DNA of 64,000 bases. It comes from Marsupella aquatica (lineage: Eukaryota > Plantae > Marchantiophyta). The position numbers and the translations under genes were made by a program. Below the pieces are notes generated by a model. It was given only the letters and a program-made list of their open reading frames with translations. It did no database searches and was not told where the DNA came from. This document shows, piece after piece, positions 63,578 through 64,000 of this stretch (the first letter of the stretch is position 1; each line of letters opens with the position of its first letter). The stretch is from the NCBI GenBank assembly GCA_973895155.1, contig OZ316892.1, positions 12,340,238 through 12,404,237 on the forward strand, written 5' to 3'.

Positions 63578-63820
63578 ATGACTAGCAAGTGCATGTACCT
63601 ATCAAGCTCTTGTCTCACTCATCCTCTCATCAAAGTGTTTGTGGTGAGTATCATGATGAGTATGTGTGGGGTTTTCACTATCTCTTTCAATGAAGGAACA
63701 AACCAGATATTTCACGTACAGGTTAGATGCTTGATTACTAAAGCTACTACTCATGATGTGCTCCTTGGCCAAGGGACATTGTTTTTACTAGGCCTTACCA
63801 TTGCTATCTACACAAGGTAG
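63578..63820 (+). mobile_element. LTR-retrotransposon aspartic protease relic
   Basis: VRCLITKATTHDVLLGQGTLFLLGLTI resembles the C-terminal D-V-L-L-G motif of retropepsins. No intact upstream D(S/T)G frame was seen. Confidence 0.45.
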
Positions 63821-64000
63821 ATGTTTCATTTTTTGCAAGGCATTACAAATGTTTTGGACCCATAGTCAAGGTTAGAACCTTGGTTAGAACATGTCGTTGG
63901 CTCGTTAAAACAAAAAGGTTTTCACTAGTTTTTATGTAGTTTGCACGCAACATAGAAAAAACCAGAAAAGTTTCTCTAAATGATGGCAAGTAAAACTCAT

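Overview
Land-plant nuclear DNA. The gene structures and protein divergence suggest a bryophyte such as a liverwort, but this is inference. Six protein-coding genes could be reconstructed from splice signals and protein motifs: RTF1/VIP5 (-), a MUR4-like UDP-arabinose 4-epimerase (+), an ETR1-type ethylene receptor (-), a Tpt1/TRPT1 tRNA 2'-phosphotransferase with an unusually long N-terminal extension (-), a BRAHMA SWI/SNF ATPase with a very large polyQ region (-) and TOM40 (-). Intergenic and intronic DNA holds a tRNA-derived SINE with a perfect 15-bp target-site duplication plus a truncated second copy, a probable non-autonomous Helitron, MITE/fold-back elements, a calmodulin-like pseudogene fragment, retroelement relics and many short tandem duplications. 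I found no prokaryotic-type system (CRISPR, operon) and no clearly new multi-gene system. The best leads are the motif-bearing Tpt1 extension, the in-frame duplication of half the ETR1 receiver domain behind the stop codon, and the canonical-looking bromodomain and EEGEI motifs of BRM. Exon coordinates were read by eye and may be off by a few nt.
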